64,000 nucleotides of DNA, taken from positions 2,978,001 to 3,042,000 of the forward strand of contig NW_024704743.1 of assembly GCF_018977255.1 (NCBI RefSeq), in the 5' to 3' direction. The notes beneath the pieces are model-generated. The model saw nothing but the letters and a program-made list of their open reading frames with translations. It did not search any database and was not told where the DNA came from. A program made the translations under genes and the position numbers. Positions 1 through 10,341 of this stretch are shown in pieces. The stretch comes from Callorhinchus milii (lineage: Eukaryota). Every line of letters begins with the position of its first letter. The stretch's first letter is position 1.

Positions 1-206
1 GGCAGCCAATTGCGCACAGCAATGTCCCACAAACAGTCGTGGATGGAAAATGACCAATTTATTATTGTTTTTGGTTTTGGAGGATTATTATTAGGCTCTG
101 TGTGGAGTAAGGAAACTTGCCCAAGGTTTCGCCCTCTGCCTGGAATTGAACTCAGGTCTCTCGCATGCAAAGCGAGTGCTCTGACCACTGAGCTACAGGA
201 CTCCAC
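1..206 (-). mobile_element. Young tRNA-derived SINE, family A short variant (cut by window edge)
   Basis: Reverse complement of the ggagtcctgtagctcagtggt...gttcaattcc A/B-box head; nearly identical to the 26174 and 35143 copies. Confidence 0.85.
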
Positions 207-539
207 AATAACAATAATGTGGCTTTCATGTTTCCTTTCTCCACACGCCCCTGTTTACCTAGCAGTAAGTAGGAATCCGATGGTTAGTCGATTGGCAGAT
301 CACTTTTTGGGGGTAATAATCCCTCCAAAAAAAATAGAAATTGGTCACTCAATCCACGACTGTTTGTGGGACATTGTTGTCAATTTTACCCACAAAATAT
401 ACAGTCAATCCACTTTACGATATATTCTGTGAAGTGCACTGATACATCTCAACGTCATGATAAGGCGCTATATCAAATGCAAGGATTATTATTATTAATA
501 ATAGAAAAGTGTGGCTGCCCTTTTTCTGTGTAATCGGCT

Positions 540-1065
540 GCAAACGTTCCCTCCCCCGGCCTCCGCGCGCTGTTTGCTCGTCGCAGCCGCTGTCGATGGA
601 GCGGCGCCGCTCGTGCGCGGCGCGGGTGGAAGGTCGGCTGCGCCCGTTGGTGAGCGAACCACGATCGAAATACCCAGCTGCGTGACAGACACTACTGCGG
701 TCTGCTCGCCCGACACCGAGCTCCCGCGACAAATTTTCGTTCAGTGCTTCGCCATTCAAATGAACATTTTTAGTTTTCAGTTAAACGCGACTACGCGTTC
801 AGGAAATATACGGCTACAGTTTTAATCCAGGCTGTTTCCCGAAACGCGTCCCCTCAATAGCACCAATCAAGCCTCTGCAGTTTGCTGCAAAATTTGTCAA
901 AAGGCCCGCAATTATTGGCAACTATTTGGGCAAATATTTTCTATTGGCCCCAGCTCATGACTCGTGATGCGACGGACGGAAGCACAATGGTCCAGGCATC
1001 ACAATGGGAGCGGTGAGGCAACACATCAGTATAAAAAGGCTGCGCGACAACACCACCGGCAGTCA
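540..1065 (+). promoter_or_regulatory. Putative promoter of protamine-like copy 1 (CpG-rich block, CCAAT boxes, TATA)
   Basis: CpG-dense 540-850; CCAAT 863-867; ATTGG 914-918 and 943-947; TATA 1030-1037, 58 nt before the ATG. Confidence 0.6.
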
Positions 1066-1087
1066 GAGACGCGGCTGAATCTCAATC

Positions 1088-1219
1088 ATGGCAAGAGGTC
1101 GTTCCCACAGGAAGAGGTCCGGACGGGCAAAGAAGGGGAAAAAGCGAGTACGCCATCACCGCCATCACCGCCATCACCGCTCGCGACGAGGGGGGAGACA
1201 CAGGCAGCTACAGCCATAA
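1088..1219 (+). CDS. Small basic protamine-like protein, copy 1 (43 aa, MARGRSHRKRSGRAKKGKKRVRHHRHHRHHRSRRGGRHRQLQP)
   Basis: Kozak context atcATGG; TATAAAAA at 1030-1037; AATAAA at 1504-1509; 14 R, 8 H, 5 K, no acidic residues; too short for the ORF track. Confidence 0.8.
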   Translation: MARGRSHRKRSGRAKKGKKRVRHHRHHRHHRSRRGGRHRQLQP

Positions 1220-1503
1220 ACAACCAGAACATTGAGAACATGGAAAAACAAGACCTATTTCGCTATCCCGAGGGATCAAGAGTAGAGTCTTGACCACCAT
1301 GAACAAACCCTGCCCCCCGAGTCCTGTCTCGTCTTCTACCCTCACCGTCACATTGACCCCCCACCCCACCCCCCGCTCTCCTCCGTGGGACCTTCATCAC
1401 CGTCACACTGCACCCCCCACCCCCCACCCCCCACCCCTAGCTCCCTGCTACATGGGACCATTATCTCCACTCCTCCCCACACCTTGTTGATTTGTTGTCA
1501 GTG

Positions 1504-1509
1504 AATAAA
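1504..1509 (+). terminator. Polyadenylation signal, protamine-like copy 1
   Basis: AATAAA followed by a GT/T-rich element (tgtgtattttgagttt); conserved in copy 2. Confidence 0.65.
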
Positions 1510-1761
1510 AGCAAATGATGCTTCAAAAACATGTGTATTTTGAGTTTCTTATGGCTTAAGCACCAGATGAGATACTGTGGACCTGTTAATGGGATGTTAG
1601 TGGCTTTGATAATACAGTTTCTTAAGATGATACCGTACCTAGCCCTGTAAAAAAATAGTATTCCTTGCATTTGATACAGCGCCTTTCACATTAGATGGAT
1701 GTTAGGGTGGGGATTGGGGCTGGGGTTGGGCCGGCTGGGTTACTTAACTATGGTTACTTAC

Positions 1762-1839
1762 CTGCAGTCCAGGAAGCCCCACACCAGGAGGGCCAACGTC
1801 TCCCGGTAACCCAGGGTGACCAGATTCTCCTGGGTCTCC
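1762..1839 (-). CDS. COL22A1: COL22A1 Gly-X-Y exon (GDPGESGHPGLPGDVGPPGVGLPGLQ); last exon seen, gene continues past position 1
   Basis: 78 nt, tgcag/gtaagt; GVG imperfection. Confidence 0.93.
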
Positions 1840-3884
1840 CTGCAAAAACAAAATAAAATTAGAATAACTGCGACGTGGTAAGTCAAATAGCTAGAGATGT
1901 GGTTTGTGATGTAGTATGTGATACGGTTCCCTCACAAAATTAGAGATGTGATTAGTGATGTGGTTAGTTTAGAACAATAATAATCCTTGCATTTGACATG
2001 GCACCTTATCACATCTCCGAGATGTTTGAACATTTACAGAATATGAATTGACTGTATATTGTGTGGGCGAAACCCGGCAGCCAATTGCGCACAGCAGCGT
2101 CCCACAAACAGTCGTGGATTGAGTGACCAAATCAGTATTATTTTAAAATTAGTTTTTGAAGGGATTTTTACCCCCACAAAAGCAGTCCGCCAATCGACTA
2201 ACAACTGCGTTCCTACTTACTGCTCGGTAAACAGAGGTGTCTGATAGTAAGGAAACTTGTCCAACGTTTCACCCTCCCCAGGAATCAAACCCAGGTCCTC
2301 TCGCTTGCGAGGTGAGTGCTCCAACCACTACGTTGTGAGACGTTTAGAAGACGTGATAAGGCGCTATATCAAACGCAAGGATTATTATTATTATTCAGTG
2401 TAGTGACTTTGATTCATTGGGGGACTAAATAATAATAATCCTTGCGTTTGACAATGCACCTTATCACGTCGTTGAGACAACTCAGTGCTTCCCTGTAAAA
2501 TGGGTGGATTATACTTTTGTGTGATAAGGTGTGATAAAGTGCTATATCAATTGTAAAGATTATTATTGTACAGTATTATTATTTGCCACATAGCGTTTGC
2601 GTTAAGTACCTCCCGGATACTCACCCTCACAAAACTCGGTACCCCCCCCCCCATCACACCAGTCCTCGCCAGACTCCACTGGCTTACAATCACCGAACGG
2701 ATCGCTTTCAAGACCCTCTCACTCGTCTTCAAGTCCCTTAATCCGTATCCCTATCCATGCAATCTGCAAGTTGTTGTTGTTGTTCTTGTTGTGATGTTGT
2801 CAGTGATGCAGTTATTGATGTGGTTTGTCTTTGTGGTTAGTGATGTTGTGATAAAGTTAGTGATACAGTTAGTGATGTAGTGCTGCGTTTCTCCCACAAA
2901 ATACGCAGTCAATTCGCTTGACAGTGTATTCTGTGAAGCGCTTTGAGAGGTCTCAAAGACCTGATAAGGTGCCATATCAAAGGCAAGGATTATTATTATT
3001 TAGCGTAGTGACTGTGTAATTTGTCGGCGTATGCAACAATCACAATGAATTTCTGCACAGCAAAGATCCAGGAAATGAGGGTGCAATTTATTGGGAGGAT
3101 TGTTGGCCACTAAATAGTGTTGTCGGCTCTTTCAATAATAATAGTTGTGTTTGAGGGGCCACACCTTATCGTGTCAGCGACATGTCTCAAATCTCATCGC
3201 TTGATTTACTGTGAAGTGTAGTGACTGTGGCAAAACATGGCAGCCGACTTGCGCACACCAACGTCTCGCAGTCATAAAGTGACCAACTTTGGGGCATTTT
3301 AACGCCCACGTGAACAGACAGGACTTGGGCTCAACATCTCAACCAAAGCACTGCATACATAGCTCTGACAAACCTAACTGCCTTGGAAGAATCAACTTAA
3401 ATTGGGAGCTCAAAGAGCCCTAATGTGGGCCTTTAACCCCACCCGGCAAATCCTACCCACCTACGGGGTTGGCACACTTTATGACTATTGCTTTCAATCT
3501 GACGTCCCATAGCGGTTAGTGCGCTCGCCTCGCAAGTGAGAGGATCCGGGTTTGATTCCCGGGTGGGAGCGAAAATGTCGGCAAGTTTCCTTTCTACATA
3601 AGCCTCTGTTTGCCCAGCTGTTAGTAGGAACTAGCGGATCACTTTCCTGGGGTAATAATCCCTCAAAAAAAAGAAATGTGATCACTCGATCCACGACGGT
3701 TTGCGGGACACTGCTTCCGCGCAATTTGCTGCCGAGTTTTGCACACAAGTACATGGTCAATCCACTTGACGGCATATTCTAGCGAAGCGCTGAGTGATAA
3801 GGCGCTGTGTCAAATGCAAGGATTGTTACGATTATGATTATTGTTAATTTAATGATTTAGAATAGGAGGATCAGACGCATGTGG

Positions 3885-4065
3885 CTGACTGACCTTATAA
3901 GGCCACGAAACATGACCGCTCGGGCGATAGCTTTGCACAGTGATGAGCGCCTTATAAGGTCACAACTGACCAAATGGCCCAGGCATCACAATGGGAACAG
4001 GGATGGCTCGGCCTGGGGATCAGTATAAAAAGGTCAAAGATTTCCCTCAAACAGGAGTCAGAGAC
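3885..4065 (+). promoter_or_regulatory. Putative promoter of protamine-like copy 2 (two CCTTATAAGG palindromes, TATA)
   Basis: CCTTATAAGG at 3893-3902 and 3950-3959; TATA 4024-4031, 60 nt before the ATG. Confidence 0.6.
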
Positions 4066-4083
4066 CACGGCTGAATCTCAATC

Positions 4084-4215
4084 ATGGCAAGAGGTCGTTC
4101 CCACAGGAAGAGGTCTGGACGGGCAAAGAAGGGGAAAAAGCGAGTACGCCATCACCGCCATCACCGCCATCACCGCTCGCGACGAGGGGGGAGACACAGG
4201 CAGCTACAGCCATAA
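4084..4215 (+). CDS. Small basic protamine-like protein, copy 2 (identical 43-aa product)
   Basis: Same ORF with one synonymous change (TCC>TCT); TATAAAAA at 4024-4031; AATAAA at 4452-4457. Confidence 0.8.
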   Translation: MARGRSHRKRSGRAKKGKKRVRHHRHHRHHRSRRGGRHRQLQP

Positions 4216-4451
4216 ACAACCAGAACATTGAGAACATGGAAAAACAAGACCTATTTCGCTATCCCGAGGGATCAAGAGTAGAGTCTTGACCACCATGAAC
4301 AAACCCTGCTCCCCGAGTCCTGTCTCGTCTTCTACCCTCACCGTCACATTGACCCCCCATCCCAGCCCAGCCTCCTGCTACATGGGACCATCATCTCCAC
4401 TCCTCCTCCTCCTCCTCCTCCTCCTCATATCTTGTTGATTTGTTGTCAGTG

Positions 4452-4457
4452 AATAAA
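4452..4457 (+). terminator. Polyadenylation signal, protamine-like copy 2
   Basis: AATAAA in the same ttgttgtcagtgAATAAA context as copy 1. Confidence 0.65.
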
Positions 4458-5677
4458 AACCTCAGAAAATGATGCTTGAAAAAAAAAACGTTTCGAGTTA
4501 AAACATTTGGCTCAAGCACTATACGAGATAGTGTAGACTTGCTGATGGGATGTTAGTGAACGTCAGCAATAAAATAATGTGCTCAATCTCTTATGCCTTC
4601 ACGGGCCATAGAAAGTGAATGCAAATGCCATGCGGCCAATAATAATATAATCATAATCTTTACATCTGATAGAGCACCTTAACACCTCGTTGAGATGTTT
4701 GCGCTTCATTATAATATATTGTTAAAAGTGTATTTTGCGAGCAAACACAGCAGGCAATTACACTGTATCCCACAAACAGTTCTGGATTGAGCGACAGNTT
4801 TTTTGAGGGATTATTTATTACCCCTGGAAAGCGATCCGCCAATCGACTAACAACCGGTATGTGGTTAACAACTGCTAAGGTAAACAGGCCTGCGGAGTAA
4901 GAAAACTTGCCTAATAATTAAAATAGCCCTTGCATTTGATACGGCGCTTTTCACATCTTCCGAGATGTCTCAAAGCGCTTCACAGAATATACTGTAAAGT
5001 GACATTGAGAAACAACCTAACATTCTGGGATTCACAAGTACATACAGACAGGACAAATCAGCTGTTATAGACCAACACTGCGCTGTTGTGGGTCGATTGT
5101 TTAATCGCAATTTGTGGTTATAATAATCCTTACACTTGATATGGAGCCTTTCGCGACAGGACATCCCGAGGCGTTTCATAAGATTTACTGTAAAGTGCAG
5201 TGACTGTGCATTTTGTGAGCAAAATGCGGCTTCAGCTCGCGCACGGCAACGTCCAGCAAACAACCGTGGCGCGAGGGACGAATTTTATCTGGGGGATAGT
5301 TGGCTAGGACACCGGGAGAGAGAAATTCCCCTCTCTCGCTACGGGATCTTTAACGTCCACCTGAACAGGGCAAGATGGGGTCTTGGTTTCACGTCTCATC
5401 CAAAGGACAATGCAGCACCAGTATCTGATTATGTGCGTACGTGTGTGTGTGTGTGTGTGCGTGCGTGCGCGCGTGTGCGCGCGTACGTGTGCGTGTGTGT
5501 CCCCGTCGTCATATTTTTTTTTAAACCGAAAAAAATGAAATACAAAGCTCGTTGGAATAAGCCCTTCGACATCTGGGTTGAAAACGTGGCCCAAAAAGGC
5601 AGGAAGTGTACATGGCGGGCTCTACCCTGAGCTCACACCTCCACAGGCGATGACTTACCCAACGCTCATTGGCTCAC

Positions 5678-5722
5678 CTTGTGTCCTTGGGGTCCTGCCA
5701 AGCCAGGCGCTCCAGGATGCCC
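5678..5722 (-). CDS. COL22A1: COL22A1 Gly-X-Y exon (GHPGAPGLAGPQGHK)
   Basis: 45 nt, cag/gtgagc. Confidence 0.92.
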
Positions 5723-7295
5723 CTGCAAACGCCAAACAGGATCAAAGTAAACACCTGGTCCAGAGACGTGGCAGGTTCGTTAACAGGACGATAGTCTGGT
5801 CGTTAAGGTAGCTGCACGCTTTATAGGTCACGTCTTGTATCGTAGCCGTTGACTGCGACAGAGTATTACGGGCAAAGAGACGCGGAGCAAGTTCGGAGCG
5901 AGTCGACAAGAGTTGCGGGAGAACGTGTGAGTCGGCCCAATCGACGAGCCCAGATGTGTCAGGTTACTCATGTCGCAAGATCTCCCTCACAAACCCCGGC
6001 CATCGTGCGGTAACGGTTACTCCGTCACGCAAACAAACAGACATCGATTGAATAATCACCCTCCACGGCTGACAACAGGGCGTTATCACAAATAATAATC
6101 CCTGCGTCTGATGCAGACCCTTCGCACATCGTCAGTACGTCTCGCAGCACTTCACAGGATATACTATAAAGTGTAGTGACTGAGTGCAGCGACTATGTGT
6201 TTTCTAGGCGAAGGTGGCAGCCAATTTTGCGCATAAAAACTACCCACAAATATCCTTGAAGTCAATGAGCGACTTTTATGTGGTGGATTGTCAGCTAATA
6301 CACTGGGAGAGAGAAACTCCCTTCTCTTTTCGAACAGCGCTGCCGCCAGCGCAACTCTTTAACGTCCGCCTGGACAGGCACGGATGAGGCCTCGGTTTAA
6401 CGTCTCAACCAAAGGATGGCACCTCTTACAATGCATTGCTCTCCCCAGCATTGCACTGGAGTGTCGTCCTAGACGAGACGGGTTCCAAGTCCGACACGGG
6501 GCTTGAGCTTACAACCCTGCGACTCAGAGGCCAAATTTATGACTGAGCCAGGCTGCTAAAACATCGAAGCATCTTAAAGCTCCTGTCCTGGGGGGGATTT
6601 GCTGTCTGGTGTAGTGACTATGTGGTTGTCGGCAAATGGATGGACAATCCATTGGTCGGGGTCCAAATTAAAAGGCAGATCAAAAACAATAATAAACACA
6701 AACGACTGGATAATCACCTTTCTTATAACAATAAGGGCGTTATAACAAATAATAATCCTCGCATCTGATGAGACGCCTTATCACATCACGATAAGGCGCT
6801 GCATCAAACACGGGAATTATTATTTATAATCCTATCTTGCTCTATAAGTAAGGATTATTATGTATAATCCTAGCCTGCTCGAGCCATTAACTCTTCCCTC
6901 ATGTATTTGATGTCTCCATCAAATTTTTTTTTTAAAAAAATCATCATTATTCATCATCGTCGCCGACAATATGGAGCTCTCTTCCTCCATCCCTCCATCT
7001 TGCCCCCTCCTGCAATTTCAGGACAGACATCAGGAAGGTTTTCTTTACCCCGAGGGTAATTAACAACTGGAACAGGGTTACCAGGAAGGGTGGTTGAGGC
7101 CAGGACATTGGGACTCGGCTAAAAAACACCTGGATGCTGTGGTAGGAGGATGGTAGGGTGGGTTGTTCTGGAGGGATGAGATCAGATAGGCTGAAGGATC
7201 TCCAAATATTGGGATCCACTGGGGACTAAAACAGATTTTAAACTCCTCCGCGCCCTCCCCTCCCGGCCCCCCCACCACCAGACATACAAACTTAC

Positions 7296-7400
7296 CATTT
7301 TTCCGGCTCTCCCCTCTCCCGGTACGCCGGGAATCCCCGGGGAACCAGCCTGGCCCACAGCTCCAGGTGGACCTAGCTCTCCATCTCTCCCAGGCTCCCC
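7296..7400 (-). CDS. COL22A1: COL22A1 Gly-X-Y exon (GEPGRDGELGPPGAVGQAGSPGIPGVPGEGRAGKM)
   Basis: 105 nt, cag/gtaagt; G-X-G imperfection where collagen XXII has one. Confidence 0.93.
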
Positions 7401-7911
7401 CTGAACACGACCAGCAGCCGAGAGGTTTGGGGTGAAACAGGGAGAAGGAAGAAGTAATTCCACACGTGCAAAGGTCTCGAAACGTTTCGCACTGATTGCT
7501 GTCAGGGACTTTAAGCGCCTCTGGGACTCTACCCTGCATGAGGGGCACAATATAAATGCAAGTTGTTGTTGTCACATTAGTCATTACTTTGGGGGGGGTG
7601 GTGGCAGGGAAACACAGGAGAGATTTTACACACTGCACGATCAGCCGTGGAATGAATGACAGATTTTATCTGGGGGATTATCGGCCAGAATACCGAGAGA
7701 GAGAGAGAGAGAGAGAGCAACTCTTTTCTCTTTTCCACCGGCGCTGTGGGATGTTTAATGTCCACCTGAATAGGCAGAGAGAGGACCTTGCTTTAACTTC
7801 ATCCTAAGGATGCAACACCCCCCGCCCCCCCACCCCCAGCGCCAGCTCAGACTCCAAGTACGTATCACTTTGCCTGTCTCTAACACATTCCCAGCAGCAA
7901 AGCTTTCTTAC

Positions 7912-7965
7912 CTTCTGCCCATTTACACCATCAGCCCCTGATGGGCCCACACCACCTGGCGTCCC
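7912..7965 (-). CDS. COL22A1: COL22A1 Gly-X-Y exon (GTPGGVGPSGADGVNGQK)
   Basis: 54 nt, cag/gtaaga. Confidence 0.93.
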
Positions 7966-8461
7966 CTGTGGCAGTGAGAGAGATTGTGGTTGGTTAGATT
8001 TGGCGCTCGCACATCACAGGACGGGTCAGGGTGATGAAAGTCCCCTCGACCTATTTGAGCTCGTCCAATAATAATAATAATGATAATAATAATAATAATC
8101 CTTGCGTTTGAAACAGCGCCTTATCACGTCGTTGAGACATCTCGAAGCGCTTCACAGAATATACTGCGAAGTGTATAGATTGACTGTGTAATGTGTGGGC
8201 GAAACGCAGCAGCGAATTACGCACAGGAGTGTCCCACAAACAGTCATGGATTTTGAGGGATTATTACCCCCGGAAAGCGATCTGCCAATCCGCTGTCAAC
8301 TGGGTTCCTACTCACTTCTAGGCAAACAGAAGCATGTGGAGTAAGGAAACTTGCCTAAGGTTTCGCCATGCCCGGGAATCGAACCTGAGACCTCTCACGA
8401 GCAAGGTGAGCGCAAGGTTGGGTGTTAAGTCTACAGAGCTTCGCTCTTGCAGTGCACCTAC

Positions 8462-8515
8462 CACGCTGCCTGGCAATCCGTGGGCTCCCGGCAGACCTGG
8501 GCTTCCCCCAACGCC
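8462..8515 (-). CDS. COL22A1: COL22A1 Gly-X-Y exon (GVGGSPGLPGAHGLPGSV)
   Basis: 54 nt, cag/gtaggt. Confidence 0.93.
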
Positions 8516-9519
8516 CTGTTATGAGAGAGAGGAGATGTTCATTAACATGCTCATTAACCCTCCAAGCCACGTAAATACGTCCGGTGATTCAGATCTCCGC
8601 CGCCCGCATACTGCCTCATCACACCAGTCCTCACCGGGCCCACTGGCTCCCTATCACAGAATGAATCGATTTCAAGATCCTCTCACTCGTCTACAAATCC
8701 CTTCATGGCTTGGCACCTCCCTACCTCTCCGACCTGCTTACTCCCCTCCTCACCACCCGCTGCCTCCGCTCGGTCGGCTCAAGCTTCTGCTCATCGCTCG
8801 TCCCCTCCATTCCACCAACGGTAGTTGGGCTTTTGGCTGTGCTTATGGTCACCTCTTCCCTCCCCTCGGCTCGGTGTCAGCTACTGTTAAGCGCTCAGAG
8901 ACACTGCCCTGCATGAAGGGTGCTGTATAAATGCAGGTTGTTGTGGTCCGTGTCCAACATGGACACAGGGCCGCTCTCCTGGGACAACAACAATAATAAT
9001 CCTTACGTATTATACAGCGTCTTTCACATGAGGAGAACATTGTAGAGTCACTGTACATTTAGCCAACACACCCCGTGTGTCAAGCTGACTCAGCTCGACT
9101 CTTAGTCAGGGCCTTAGTTGGGACTTGGAATCATATAGTCTTAGGGTCCAACCTTCTGGCTGCTGAGGGCCGGATGCCCTATTTCAGAAACTTCTGCGGG
9201 ATGCATAAGCAATATTTTTGTGTTTCCCTTCCAGAAACAAAACATAACATTCATGGGTTATGGAGAGAGAGGATGGACCAGATGAAATGGGGGTGGGGGG
9301 AAAGAGGATGAAACTAAATTCATCCAATTGGACCACCCTGGGCCTCCAGCACAGTGCTGGGATGCAATTGGCGAATTTGATTCATAGGAAATCCTTCTTT
9401 GGATTTGAGCTCACAGTCCAATTTGCAAATGGAGCCATCCCATATCTTTTGGTGATCATAAGTACCTCACTCCAGGTTCACAGCAGACAGGGAGGGGTTG
9501 GTCAAACTCGACAACTTAC

Positions 9520-9573
9520 CATGTCTCCTTTTGCCCCTGGTTTCCCAGGAAGCCCGTGTTCACCTTTCGCACC
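9520..9573 (-). CDS. COL22A1: COL22A1 Gly-X-Y exon (GAKGEHGLPGKPGAKGDM)
   Basis: 54 nt, tag/gtaagt. Confidence 0.93.
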
Positions 9574-9724
9574 CTAGGTGAAAAGAAAGGCTTGTGAGAG
9601 AACTGCTGATTAGACTTCTGTAGAACCACAGGCATTTACAGCACAGAAGGCCGTTCGGCCCATCGTGTATGTGCTGGCTCTTTTAGGAGCAATCCTTTCA
9701 GTCACGTTACTTGCTTACAATGAG

Positions 9725-10050
9725 CAGAGCTCGTTAGTTGGAGTGCCGCTCTGGGCTGAGTTTCCTGGTCCCGGCCGGGGCTACGAAGGAGAGGTTGAAT
9801 TATCCCTGGTGAATTCCAGGGTTAGGGAGGGGGAAACCAGCCAGGCTTCCTGCTCCTGGTCCTCTACGACACCTGTTTGCGTGTGTGTCGGATGGGGAGA
9901 GGTCAGGCTTGGCTGTGACGTCCTCTATAGGGGAATGATTAAGCGACACTCATTGCCCAGCCTTACACATGGACAATAGTTACTCGGGGTGAGGGGTACT
10001 GAAGGCCAACCAGAGCTCGAAGGAATTGCACCCCAGAGAGGAGAGGCCAG
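9725..10050 (+). mobile_element. Old SINE-like element followed by a GA-rich tandem tail
   Basis: Degenerate tRNA-like head; gcttcctgctcctg...ggcttggctgtgac...gacactcattg resembles an ancient chondrichthyan repeat (from memory). Confidence 0.4.
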
Positions 10051-10296
10051 ACTAGGGGCAGAGACGAAGGTCAGACCAGAGGCAAATAGAGAGGCCAGAC
10101 CAGGGGCAGAGAGAGAGAGAGAGAGACCAGACCAGGGGCAGAGAGAGAGAGAGAGAGAGAGACCAGACCAGGGGCAGAGAGAGAGAGAGCCCAGTGGCAA
10201 AGAAGAGGAGTGGGGAGAAAATTAGAAATAAATAATTGGATACGCCATTTTCTCGAAGAAAACAATAGTTGGTTGATCTGAGAGAGCATTGCTTAC

Positions 10297-10341
10297 CTTA
10301 ACTCCTGCAGGACCTCTTCCGCCCGGATTGCCGTGGGAACC
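10297..10341 (-). CDS. COL22A1: COL22A1 Gly-X-Y exon (GSHGNPGGRGPAGVK)
   Basis: 45 nt, cag/gtaagc. Confidence 0.92.

Noticed and set aside
964..1293. 109-aa ORF (and the 85-aa ORF at 3974-4231) from the ORF track
   Set aside because: Alternative frames that start upstream of the TATA box and differ between the two copies; only the 43-aa frame is preserved in both
4798..4798. Single ambiguous base n
   Set aside because: Assembly ambiguity within a SINE; no biological meaning
5655..5677. Alternative gtaagt donor downstream of the 45-nt exon
   Set aside because: The extension contains an in-frame TGA and shifts the frame
1840..5677. Cys-containing non-collagenous exon recalled from human collagen XXII at this position
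   Set aside because: No convincing candidate found by eye; absence cannot be asserted without an alignment
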